Positions 1-9,178 of a DNA stretch of 64,000 nt are shown piece by piece. Source of the stretch: a virus (Duplodnaviria; Caudoviricetes); the IMG/VR virus record IMGVR_UViG_3300047375_000738. One strand, given 5' to 3'. Position numbers and translations under genes: made by a program. Within the stretch, counting starts at the first letter, position 1, and every line of letters starts with the position of its first letter. The notes below the pieces were generated by a model. The model worked only from the letters and a program-made list of their open reading frames with translations. It was not told the origin of the DNA and made no database searches.

Positions 1-1080
1 ACAATCAAACTTAAAGATAGTGCAAATGTTGATCGTAATGTAATTGCAGCATATGCAGATGATTTTATTGTTGGAATAATTAGCGAGGCAGAATTTACAG
101 TAAATGCTACGCAACCTGAACTAAGTGATGAATGGTCATCGAGTGATTGGACTACTATCAAAGCAGGATATACACTAAGAGCAGTTGATGTTTCGGGTAA
201 ATCAAACACCGACTCAAGGGGTAATGTAAATTATTATTGGGGTACATCAAGCGCATCACTAAAACTTACTGACGGAACAAACACATACAGTCCAAGTGAT
301 TTTGTTCAGACTGGCTCGTTAAACTTTAGCAGCATTGCAAATTTTAGCGATGCTGGATTTACATTAGGCGATGGCACTGACTTAACAGTAAAAATTGGCG
401 CAGACAATGAAACACCAAGAATGCAAATGCATAGAGACGAAATACGTATCTCAAACAATGCTGATTCTGATCGTTGGATAATTACAGATACAGCAATTTT
501 TCCTGGAATTACAACTAGTACCATAGGCACATCATCTAACCCATTAGTTAATATGTATGCTACAACATTTACTGGAACAGCAACACAAGCAAATACACTA
601 GAAGTATCAGGAAATTATCGAAGTGCGTCGACTAGTGCAAATAATAATACAATTGCAGCCAGAGATGCAAGCGGTAATTTAACTGCAAATATTTTTACTG
701 GAACAGCAACACAGGCACGTTATGCTGATTTAGCAGAAAAGTATACAACAGCAGAAGAATTAATTCCTGGAACAGTAGTTTGTGTTTCTTCACACGAAGA
801 GTATGAAGTAGAAGCAACTAGTATGGGTTGTATAGCAATAGGTGTTGTATCAACTGACCCTGCAATTATGATGAATAGTGAAGCCGAAGGACAATACATT
901 GGTCTTAAAGGCCGTGTTCCGGTGCGTATTACTGGACCAGTTAAAAAAGGACAGGCAGTATATGTACACGATAATGGATGTGCAAATACTGCAATCAACG
1001 GTGGATCGTTAGTAGGTGTAGCATTAGAAACAAACAGCGACGAAGCCGAAAAATTAGTAGAGTGTATTTTAAAGGTATAA
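1..1080 (+). CDS. Tail fibre/baseplate appendage protein, 5'-truncated, with C-terminal peptidase G2-like intramolecular chaperone domain
   Basis: Frame 1 is open from base 1, so the ORF-track start at 421 is internal. Thr/Ser/Gly/Asn-rich beta-type sequence with two FTGTATQA repeats, ending in ARYADLAEKY...GVVSTDPA...GLKGRVPVRITGPVKKG, typical of phage fibre autocleavage/chaperone tails. Confidence 0.75.
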   Translation, partial: TIKLKDSANVDRNVIAAYADDFIVGIISEAEFTVNATQPELSDEWSSSDWTTIKAGYTLRAVDVSGKSNTDSRGNVNYYWGTSSASLKLTDGTNTYSPSDFVQTGSLNFSSIANFSDAGFTLGDGTDLTVKIGADNETPRMQMHRDEIRISNNADSDRWIITDTAIFPGITTSTIGTSSNPLVNMYATTFTGTATQANTLEVSGNYRSASTSANNNTIAARDASGNLTANIFTGTATQARYADLAEKYTTAEELIPGTVVCVSSHEEYEVEATSMGCIAIGVVSTDPAIMMNSEAEGQYIGLKGRVPVRITGPVKKGQAVYVHDNGCANTAINGGSLVGVALETNSDEAEKLVECILKV

Positions 1081-1083
1081 ATA
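1076..1083 (+). promoter_or_regulatory. T4-type late promoter box TATAAATA
   Basis: Exact TATAAATA, followed by AGGAG (1096-1100) and ATG 1107 of a structural gene. Confidence 0.65.
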
Positions 1084-1106
1084 TACACATAAAATAGGAG
1101 AATCGT

Positions 1107-2039
1107 ATGGCTGTCGGAGATATTATCTCTGTTGCAAGGTACAATCAAATACAAGCAAGAGCAAGCAAAGTATTGGGTATCGGATCAACAACATTTGGAT
1201 ATGGACAAGCTGTTTCAAGTAGTAGCTTGCCTACAAATGTAAATAATAGCCCAACTGTGGTTAATTCTACTCATATGCAAACTCTTAAAACTGATTTAAC
1301 AAAAGCATATGCACATCAAAATAATAGTCTTCCGGCGTTAACTGATATTGTTACAAGTGACGATATTACTGATAGTGTATACGCCGAATACGAATCAATT
1401 GCAGTTGACGTTGAAACCAATGCCTTAAGCTATAATATTAATCAAGTATCAACTGAATCTAAACTAGCAGTAAACCGCAGCACTGATTGGGGGCAGCCTG
1501 GAACTCCTGTCATTATACACGAATGGGAAGTAACTTTTAGTAATGCTGATCAGTTACGTGCATTTTTTAATAGTGGCGGCGAAGTAAGAACTCGCTCGTC
1601 AATATCTGATGGATCTGGTGCAAAATATTCAAACTGGAATAGCATCTGCACTACTGTAGGAGTTGTAAAGTTTAGTTATACAGATACAGTTGCTGGCTCT
1701 GGTACTGATTATAATATTGGTGCTTATGACTTGACACCAGGCGGAAACTATGTTAATATATGGTATTACGAACCAGGAGCAGGTGCATATGAAAATAATA
1801 ATATCACCTATCAAGCAAAAATGAATAGTACATCAACTAAAATAACTTTTAAAGTATCGTACACTGACGGAGAACCATTAGATCCAGGCAATGGTGCTTC
1901 TGGCATTGACGAACCAGTAGGCGGCACATTTAGAAGTATTGTAGAACAACAACGTGCAACTTATTCAAACGCATTATCAAGCGACTATGTTGAAGTTGTA
2001 TCTCCGGTTTATACAAATACACAAACACTAGGAGTATAG
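1107..2039 (+). CDS. Putative virion structural (tail/baseplate) protein, paralog A
   Basis: 310 aa, S/T/G/N/Y-rich, with SD and late box. Shares AYxHQNxSLPALT, FxxSGG, SGAKxxxW and DEPVxGT motifs with the next gene. Confidence 0.6.
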   Translation: MAVGDIISVARYNQIQARASKVLGIGSTTFGYGQAVSSSSLPTNVNNSPTVVNSTHMQTLKTDLTKAYAHQNNSLPALTDIVTSDDITDSVYAEYESIAVDVETNALSYNINQVSTESKLAVNRSTDWGQPGTPVIIHEWEVTFSNADQLRAFFNSGGEVRTRSSISDGSGAKYSNWNSICTTVGVVKFSYTDTVAGSGTDYNIGAYDLTPGGNYVNIWYYEPGAGAYENNNITYQAKMNSTSTKITFKVSYTDGEPLDPGNGASGIDEPVGGTFRSIVEQQRATYSNALSSDYVEVVSPVYTNTQTLGV

Positions 2040-2040
2040 C

Positions 2041-3075
2041 ATGGTAGCTGTCGGTGGATCAATTACAGCAGCAAACTACAATAGTATCAAAGACTCGGTT
2101 GATAATGTGTATGACACCTTGTACGGTCAGACAATACGTTGTGCTGATCAAGTAGACGATACTACTGTTGAAGATGATGAGCATGTTAATTTATTTTTAG
2201 ATCTAACCAGTGCATACGTGCATCAAAATGATAGCTTGCCTGCACTTACACCTCCGGCAACTGGACAAACAATTGGCGCAGATACTTCTTTAGCACATGA
2301 TCAATCTGATGGATCTCAAAGTGCAGTAGCAAACTCTGCACAAATGGGTTATAACGATTACGAAGCAGTAGCAACTAGCATTGAAGCATTTTCGTTTAGT
2401 GTTGATGCAGACCATCTAAGATTTCCTGATGCTAGTTTTGCTCTTGCTGCTAGTGCCGGCGCCGGAAGAACTTCAAATTGGGGTGTAGCTGCAAATAATG
2501 CTACACTGCATCACATTTTGACAATTAATTTTAGTACTGCAAATCGTATGCAAAAATGGATTGACAGCGGCGGACGCATTTATTTCAATCCTTCTCTCAC
2601 AGGCGCATCTGGAGCTAAGTCGTTAGACTGGGCTGATCTACTATCGGCCTGTGGTACAATTAAAATAGATAAATGCAATACTAGTGCCGATTCAGGAACA
2701 GTATACAGAGGGTTAAAAGACCTTTCAACAACTGAATACAGAATACTGTTTCGTAAAACGGGCAGTGGAGTATACTCAGATAACCGTTATGATATACTTG
2801 GATATTTTACTGCTGACAAACTACGTTTAAAAATTCGCTTTGTTGATGGCGATACTGGTACAGGTGGCCAAGGTGTTGATCCAGGCGGCGATGACGATCC
2901 AATTGACGAAACAGTAAACGGTACACTTAATAGTTCTGTAACTACATATGATGCTGACAGTTCATTTACTTACAATAGTGCAACCTATACTGCGGTAGAT
3001 AATACAGGTCCTGTAAATGGCACTAATATTACAAACATACACACACTCGAAGACGCAAATCCACAACCAGAATAA
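2041..3075 (+). CDS. Putative virion structural protein, paralog B
   Basis: 344 aa, colinear motifs with 1107..2039 (HQNDSLPALT, DSGGRIY, SGAKSLDW, DETVNGT). Confidence 0.6.
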   Translation: MVAVGGSITAANYNSIKDSVDNVYDTLYGQTIRCADQVDDTTVEDDEHVNLFLDLTSAYVHQNDSLPALTPPATGQTIGADTSLAHDQSDGSQSAVANSAQMGYNDYEAVATSIEAFSFSVDADHLRFPDASFALAASAGAGRTSNWGVAANNATLHHILTINFSTANRMQKWIDSGGRIYFNPSLTGASGAKSLDWADLLSACGTIKIDKCNTSADSGTVYRGLKDLSTTEYRILFRKTGSGVYSDNRYDILGYFTADKLRLKIRFVDGDTGTGGQGVDPGGDDDPIDETVNGTLNSSVTTYDADSSFTYNSATYTAVDNTGPVNGTNITNIHTLEDANPQPE

Positions 3076-3078
3076 TCG

Positions 3079-3107
3079 TTGACATTTGTTCATTTATCGT
3101 ATATAAT
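3079..3107 (+). promoter_or_regulatory. Consensus sigma70 promoter
   Basis: TTGACA (3079-3084), 17 nt, TATAAT (3102-3107). GGAG then ATG 3130. The -10 is flanked by inverted repeat TTATCGT (3094-3100)/ACGATAA (3111-3117). Confidence 0.8.
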
Positions 3108-3129
3108 AAAACGATAATGGAGATTTGTA

Positions 3130-3474
3130 ATGGACGAACGGCTACAAAAAGCACTTGAATTTAGTAATTATATGATTACTCTAGACAATCAGCGGCGCAT
3201 ATTAAAAGAAAAATATCAAGAAGATTTACTTTATTATTATAAAGGTGGAACTTTTACAGCTACGAAGGAGTTGATTACATTTTGTTATTCAATGAAAAAT
3301 TCTGGTCAAGACGAAATTGTAATTACTGACAATAATAACATTCCAGTAAATGTAGAAATTGATAATTTTCAAGAAGGTATTAGTAACACATACTTTCAAG
3401 CAAGCAACAAGTACTTTGTCGAATACGACAAACTTATATCAAATAGATCAGTTGAAGGTATTATCGAAACATGA
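3130..3474 (+). CDS. Hypothetical protein (114 aa)
   Basis: ORF with SD, first gene of a coupled operon, ATGA overlap with the next gene. Confidence 0.75.
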   Translation: MDERLQKALEFSNYMITLDNQRRILKEKYQEDLLYYYKGGTFTATKELITFCYSMKNSGQDEIVITDNNNIPVNVEIDNFQEGISNTYFQASNKYFVEYDKLISNRSVEGIIET

Positions 3475-4313
3475 GCAAAGGTGCTCTTTTAATTGCATGT
3501 AATAACAATCAAGTCGATTATATAAAACAAGCAATATTTTGTGCAGAACGAATAAAAAACTACTTAGAAATACCTGTTACTCTAGTTACAAGTAACAGTG
3601 GATATCTTTATGAAAATTATAAAGATAAAGTATCTGTGTTTGATAACATCGTTGAAATTGACAATTCTAGTATAAACAATTATAAAACATTTCGAGACGG
3701 TGCTCATACAGAATATAAGTTACAATGGAAAAATGCTAGTCGAGATAAAGTTTACGATCTGTCTCCTTATGACGAAACTATCGTAATGGACACTGATTAC
3801 ATATTATGTAATGATACACTAAAACATTGCTTCGAACAACATAATGATCTTTTGTTGTACAAAGATGCAGTTGATTTATCGGGTTGGCGAGATACTGCTG
3901 AATTTAATCACATTTCTCCTAACGGTATTGATTTTTATTGGGCAACTATTATCTATTTTAAAAAATCTCCAAAAACTAAAATGTACTTTAATTTAGTTAC
4001 ACATATAAAAGATAATTGGGCACACTATCGTAATCTATATAGAATACAATCATTAACATTTAGAAATGACTTTGCATTTAGTATTGCAGCACATATACTC
4101 AACGGACATATGTCAGGAAACTTTATTGGACAAATGCCTGGTAAAAAGTATTATTCAACTGATAAAGATGTATGTTATGAAATTAAGGATAATACTATTA
4201 AGTTATTGATGCAAAAGAAAGATAGAGTAGATTATTTTCCGCTTTACATAAAGGATTGTAATGTTCATATCATGAATAAATTTAGTTTGAATAGGATGAT
4301 TGATGAGTATTAA
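3471..4313 (+). CDS. GT-A fold glycosyltransferase-like protein (GT8-like), paralog 1
   Basis: DY(I)KQA N-terminus and PYDETIVMDTD DxD motif. Colinear with the next gene. Confidence 0.6.
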   Translation: MSKGALLIACNNNQVDYIKQAIFCAERIKNYLEIPVTLVTSNSGYLYENYKDKVSVFDNIVEIDNSSINNYKTFRDGAHTEYKLQWKNASRDKVYDLSPYDETIVMDTDYILCNDTLKHCFEQHNDLLLYKDAVDLSGWRDTAEFNHISPNGIDFYWATIIYFKKSPKTKMYFNLVTHIKDNWAHYRNLYRIQSLTFRNDFAFSIAAHILNGHMSGNFIGQMPGKKYYSTDKDVCYEIKDNTIKLLMQKKDRVDYFPLYIKDCNVHIMNKFSLNRMIDEY

Positions 4314-5142
4314 TTTTACAATGTTTGCACAAAATAGCGAAGTTGATTACGTACAACAAGCTAGTGTTGCAGCTATGAGCATTAAACTAACAAATCCAAA
4401 AAGTAAAATTGCACTAATTACAAACGACAAGATTCCAGAAAAATACAAACAGTTATTTGATCATGTTGTTGACATTCCGTGGAAAGACGAAGCTGAAAGC
4501 AGTCAATGGAAAATTGAAAATAGATGGAAAATATATCATGCGACTCCATTTGATGAAACAGTAGTAATTGATACTGATATGCTGGTGTTATCTGATATTT
4601 CACATTGGCACGATTTAATGAAAAACAAAGATTTGTATTTTGTAAATAAGGTGTTGACATACCGTGGCGATATAGCTGATAATACATATTACAGAAAAGC
4701 ATTTAGAAATCATCATTTGCCTAATATATATGTTGGGTGTCATTGGTTTAAAAAAAGCAATACTGCACATGAATTTTTTAAATTAGTTGAACTTATTATG
4801 CACAATTGGGAACTATTTTATGGGCAATATGCCGGCGGTAAGTATTTCCAAAAATGGCCAAGTATGGACGTCAGTTGTGCAATTGCTACAAAAATTTTAG
4901 GATGCGAACACAACGTTACACTAAACACAAGTTATCCTACGTTCACTCACATGAAATTACACAACCAAAATTGGGATAAATTATATGTCAACAACTGGCA
5001 ACAACAGCTAGGTGTTTACTTAAATAACAAGTGTCAACTAACAATTGGAAATTACACACAAAAAGGTATTTTTCATTATACAGAAGATAATTTTTGTAAT
5101 GAAAAAATTATAAAAACATACGAAACACAACTAGGAATATAA
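4303..5142 (+). CDS. GT-A fold glycosyltransferase-like protein (GT8-like), paralog 2
   Basis: PFDETVVIDTD DxD motif and FTHMK late His motif. ATG at 4303 preferred to TTG 4300. Confidence 0.6.
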   Translation: MSINFTMFAQNSEVDYVQQASVAAMSIKLTNPKSKIALITNDKIPEKYKQLFDHVVDIPWKDEAESSQWKIENRWKIYHATPFDETVVIDTDMLVLSDISHWHDLMKNKDLYFVNKVLTYRGDIADNTYYRKAFRNHHLPNIYVGCHWFKKSNTAHEFFKLVELIMHNWELFYGQYAGGKYFQKWPSMDVSCAIATKILGCEHNVTLNTSYPTFTHMKLHNQNWDKLYVNNWQQQLGVYLNNKCQLTIGNYTQKGIFHYTEDNFCNEKIIKTYETQLGI

Positions 5143-5714
5143 TGCTACAATTATCAACAACACGATATGTATATTTCGATGAAGAAGGCTCAATTACTCA
5201 AATTGGCAACAGTTTCAAGGAGGGTAGTAATTATATCAAAGTTGACTATGACGAAGTTGCTAATTTAATTACTGGCAAAGAAGTTGTAAGTAATTATGTT
5301 GTAATATTTGATAATTTAACAAAAGCACATAAATTAATGCATCGATTTATCGAAGACGAACATCGGTTTGATATTAACGATCAAATATATCAAATTCCAA
5401 ATATTTCCTTATCTCGTCCTGATATTACTATTACACAAGATATAAAAAATAGTTGTTGGCAAATAAAACTTGACGAAGCTATATCTGATAATTTACGCAA
5501 AGGTAAACTTGTATATAAAAGTCAGTTAGGATTTAGTATTACAAATAAAAATGATCCGCATGTACTGCATCAGTTTATTAGTGTTAACACAGCCGATTTA
5601 GCAAACGATGTTCTTAAATTTGAATTTTCAAGTGATTTAGAACTTGACGCAAATGCAATTAGCATTTATACTATAAAGAGATTCGAAGAATATTATCACG
5701 AGGTTTTACTATGA
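5142..5714 (+). CDS. Hypothetical protein (190 aa)
   Basis: ORF coupled at both ends (TAATG, ATGA). Confidence 0.7.
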   Translation: MLQLSTTRYVYFDEEGSITQIGNSFKEGSNYIKVDYDEVANLITGKEVVSNYVVIFDNLTKAHKLMHRFIEDEHRFDINDQIYQIPNISLSRPDITITQDIKNSCWQIKLDEAISDNLRKGKLVYKSQLGFSITNKNDPHVLHQFISVNTADLANDVLKFEFSSDLELDANAISIYTIKRFEEYYHEVLL

Positions 5715-6640
5715 GCAAATTCCGTATTTTAGATTATGATATCATTTATCTAAGTTATGACGAGCCAAATGCAGAAAAAAATTATGCAGATTTGTGTAGT
5801 AAAGTTCCTTGGGCTAAACGTGTGCATGGAGTCGAAGGCTCAGACGCTGCACACAAGGCTTGTGCCGAACTAAGCGAAACTGATCGCTTTATTACTATTG
5901 ATGGCGATAATATTGTTAATGCAGAGTTTCTTGGCAGAGAGTTTGATTTAGATTCACACGAAGATGCACATTGGAATAAGGCAATTAAGTTTGAAGACTG
6001 TGTAGTAAGTTGGAGTGCAAAAAACACTATCAACGGATTAATGTATGGCAATGGCGGTATTAAGTGTTGGCCTAAAGAAAAAGTGCTTAACATGCGCACA
6101 CATGAAAATGCAGACCCAAATAATCCACATGCACAAGTTGACTTTTGTTGGGATATGGAATATATCCAGATTAATCAGTGCCACAGTGAAATTATGAATA
6201 ATCATACACCACACCAAGCATGGCGTGCCGGATTTAGAGAAGGTGTTAAAATGGCACTTGATAGAGGCATGAAGCCTAGTGTAGATGCGTTTAAGAAAAA
6301 TCATTGGAAAAACTTACACCGATTGTATGTCTGGCTAATGATTGGCGCAGATGCAGAAAACGGACGTTGGGCAATATACGGTGCTAGAGAAGGCTTATAC
6401 AAAACAATGTGTACAGATTGGGACTTTGTAAATGTTCGTGACTTTGAATGGCTCAATCGGTATTGGGAATCGTTAGAAGTAACTGAAGAAAATCTAAATG
6501 AAACAATTGAAGAACTTGGAAGTATGTTAATTAACGAACTTGAAATTCCGATTGCCGAAGAATGTCTAAATGCACAGCAAAGTCATTTCTTTAAAACACT
6601 ATATCAAAATCCGTCAAGGATACCACGCAAAGGTCGATAA
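5711..6640 (+). CDS. GT-A (GT2-like) glycosyltransferase-like protein
   Basis: YDIIYLSYDEPNA...RVHGV...AH...FITIDGDN (DxD) and AWRAGFREG. Homologous to the C-terminal domain of 40327..42246. Confidence 0.6.
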   Translation: MSKFRILDYDIIYLSYDEPNAEKNYADLCSKVPWAKRVHGVEGSDAAHKACAELSETDRFITIDGDNIVNAEFLGREFDLDSHEDAHWNKAIKFEDCVVSWSAKNTINGLMYGNGGIKCWPKEKVLNMRTHENADPNNPHAQVDFCWDMEYIQINQCHSEIMNNHTPHQAWRAGFREGVKMALDRGMKPSVDAFKKNHWKNLHRLYVWLMIGADAENGRWAIYGAREGLYKTMCTDWDFVNVRDFEWLNRYWESLEVTEENLNETIEELGSMLINELEIPIAEECLNAQQSHFFKTLYQNPSRIPRKGR

Positions 6641-8025
6641 TGTCAAATCAAACAGATAGAGTAAAACACATTAATGATATTACTACTCGGCATTTTTCGC
6701 CGACTTTTTGTTTTGCAAAATGGTATCATACAACAATATATTTACAAACAGGTGAAACACATAGTTGTTATCATCCAGCACCACACAAGATCGATGTTGA
6801 CGAACTGTTAACCAATCCAAGTGCGTTACACAACACCAAACATAAAAAACAAGAACGCAAAGAGATGTTAGAAGGCAAGCAATGTGTTGGTTGTAACTAT
6901 TGCTGGAATATTGAAAATATGGGCGATGACTATATTAGTGATAGACACATTCGCAGTGGTAGTATCTATAACGAACAACGTTTGCAAGAAATTAAATTTA
7001 ATCCTTGGGACTTTAATGTAAATCCTGAGTATATTGAAGTTTCGTTTGGTAATGAGTGTAACTTCCGGTGTAGTTATTGTCATCCAAAAGCAAGCAGTCG
7101 CTTTCACCAAGAAATTAGACAACACGGTCCTTACGATATGGCAAAGAATCATAGATGCGATGTTGACTGGTTTAAAGTATATGAAGAAGACAGCAATCCA
7201 TATGTACGTGCATGGTGGAACTGGTGGCCTGAAGTTAGTAAAACACTAAACATTTTACGTGTTACAGGCGGTGAGCCTACGATGCAAAAAAGTACATATA
7301 GACTATTTGACGAACTTGAAAAAGAACCTAAGCCAAATCTTGAACTTAATGTAAACAGTAACTTTGGCGGCAAAGAACGTCAGCTGGCTAAGTTTACTGA
7401 TAGTGTGAACAGTTTGCTTACACAAAATAAAATTAAATCATTTAAGTTGTTTACAAGTTTAGACACATGGAACGAACGTGCTGAGTATATTAGAGACGGA
7501 CTTGATCTTAATGTGTTTGAACGCAACTTTGATTATTTTATGCAAAGCACAACAGCACCAGTAACATATATGATTACGTTTAGTTTGTTTAGTGTAACAA
7601 CATTTGAAACATTGCTAGAAAAAATATTAGAACAAAGACGTAAGTATAATAATGTAGATAGTGGACGTTGGCAGCGTATACACTTTGATACTCCTTATCT
7701 AAAAGAGCCTTTGCAGCACGATATTAATATTTTGCCTAAAGAAACGTATTTGCCGTACATGGAAAGTCATTTACAATTTATTAAAGATAACACCAAAGAA
7801 GGCAGTAAAGAACATTTTAGCGAAATGGAATATGAAAAGTTTCGCCGAGTAGTTGACTACATGAAAAATACAACTTATGATGTAAACAAAGTACGTGAAG
7901 GTCGCAAAGATTTTTGGAACTTTTTCAAGGAACATGATCGCAGACGCAATCTCGATTTTGAAAAAACATTTCCGGAAATGGCAGACTTCTTTGCGCTATG
8001 CAAGGAAGCAAATGATACCTTCTAA
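6640..8025 (+). CDS. Radical SAM protein with N-terminal twitch-like domain
   Basis: N-terminal FCFAKW..SCYH..CVGCNYC, CNFRCSYC, TGGEP, C-terminal DRRR..FPEM. Confidence 0.9.
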   Translation: MSNQTDRVKHINDITTRHFSPTFCFAKWYHTTIYLQTGETHSCYHPAPHKIDVDELLTNPSALHNTKHKKQERKEMLEGKQCVGCNYCWNIENMGDDYISDRHIRSGSIYNEQRLQEIKFNPWDFNVNPEYIEVSFGNECNFRCSYCHPKASSRFHQEIRQHGPYDMAKNHRCDVDWFKVYEEDSNPYVRAWWNWWPEVSKTLNILRVTGGEPTMQKSTYRLFDELEKEPKPNLELNVNSNFGGKERQLAKFTDSVNSLLTQNKIKSFKLFTSLDTWNERAEYIRDGLDLNVFERNFDYFMQSTTAPVTYMITFSLFSVTTFETLLEKILEQRRKYNNVDSGRWQRIHFDTPYLKEPLQHDINILPKETYLPYMESHLQFIKDNTKEGSKEHFSEMEYEKFRRVVDYMKNTTYDVNKVREGRKDFWNFFKEHDRRRNLDFEKTFPEMADFFALCKEANDTF

Positions 8026-9178
8026 AGATAATTCATATTGTTATTATCCTTTTAAACAACTTGCTATTAGTCATTGGAATAGCAAAGGTATTCAGTGTGT
8101 AAATCCTTGCTGCAATATGGCAAGTCCGTTGAACCCTGATCCGTTAAACACAGCAAAAGATATACACAATGATGTAGAGAAATTATTCGATCTACCGCAA
8201 CTGCAAAATATTCGTACACAAATGCTAAATGGAGAATATCCAAAGGCTTGCAATGGTTGCTATGAAGCAGAAAAGCACGGAACTAGTCCTAGACTAATGT
8301 TAGATACAAATGTAAACAATGAACTAGAATGGCTAGATATACACTTAGGTAATAAGTGCAATCTTAGATGTAGAATGTGTCATCCGGCATTGAGCAATCA
8401 ACTCAACAAAGATGCAGAAAAATTTAAACAAGATGGTTACAAATATTGGTGGGATAGTGTTCCTGATATTGCTCCGCATGATATTTCTGTGTTGTATCCT
8501 GTACTACACAAAATAACAAATATACGTGTCAGCGGTGGCGAGCCTTTGTTATCAAATGAATATTTAGAGTTGCTGGATTATTGTATAGAAAATAATCTAG
8601 CACATAATATTACTTTAGAACTACACACTAATGCTACAAAATTTAATAATGCTAATGTAGATAGATTAAGCAAGTTTAAACATGTAAATGTTACATTTAG
8701 TATTGACGGTGTACGTAAAATTTATGAATATGTGAGATACCCTTTTGCATTTCAAATATTAGAAAATAGCCTTAAGAATTTTTTTGACAAAGTAAAAAAA
8801 TATACAGCACAAATTAATTATGTAGTATCTATATATAATGTGTTAGATATACGCAACACACAGTATTGGGCAAAACAATATCCAATTAACAATTTTATAA
8901 TTACAAATGTTTTTCCTGCTAAACGTAATATTGATATATGTCATTTACCAATACCAATATTGCTTATGGCAAGAGAAATGATATTAGATACAGTTTATCA
9001 AACTGAAAATCTTGAAAACTACATAGTGCAATGCATGGAAGACAATAAGTACAATGACTACGATAAAGACAAATGGAAAGAAATTAAAGAAGAAGTAATG
9101 CAGTTTGATAAAAATAGAAATCAAAACTATCGAGATTATCTTAATTCTTATATTATTGATTGGTTGGACAAGATATGA
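8012..9178 (+). CDS. Radical SAM protein with N-terminal twitch domain
   Basis: Start reassigned to ATG 8012 (MIPSKDNSYC). YCYYPF..PCC..CNGC, CNLRCRMC, SGGEP. Confidence 0.9.
   Translation: MIPSKDNSYCYYPFKQLAISHWNSKGIQCVNPCCNMASPLNPDPLNTAKDIHNDVEKLFDLPQLQNIRTQMLNGEYPKACNGCYEAEKHGTSPRLMLDTNVNNELEWLDIHLGNKCNLRCRMCHPALSNQLNKDAEKFKQDGYKYWWDSVPDIAPHDISVLYPVLHKITNIRVSGGEPLLSNEYLELLDYCIENNLAHNITLELHTNATKFNNANVDRLSKFKHVNVTFSIDGVRKIYEYVRYPFAFQILENSLKNFFDKVKKYTAQINYVVSIYNVLDIRNTQYWAKQYPINNFIITNVFPAKRNIDICHLPIPILLMAREMILDTVYQTENLENYIVQCMEDNKYNDYDKDKWKEIKEEVMQFDKNRNQNYRDYLNSYIIDWLDKI

Noticed and set aside
568-713. Exact 20-nt direct repeat TTTACTGGAACAGCAACACA (568-587, 694-713)
   Set aside because: Only two copies, in frame, encoding FTGTATQ within the fibre. 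It is a protein repeat, not a CRISPR array or att site.
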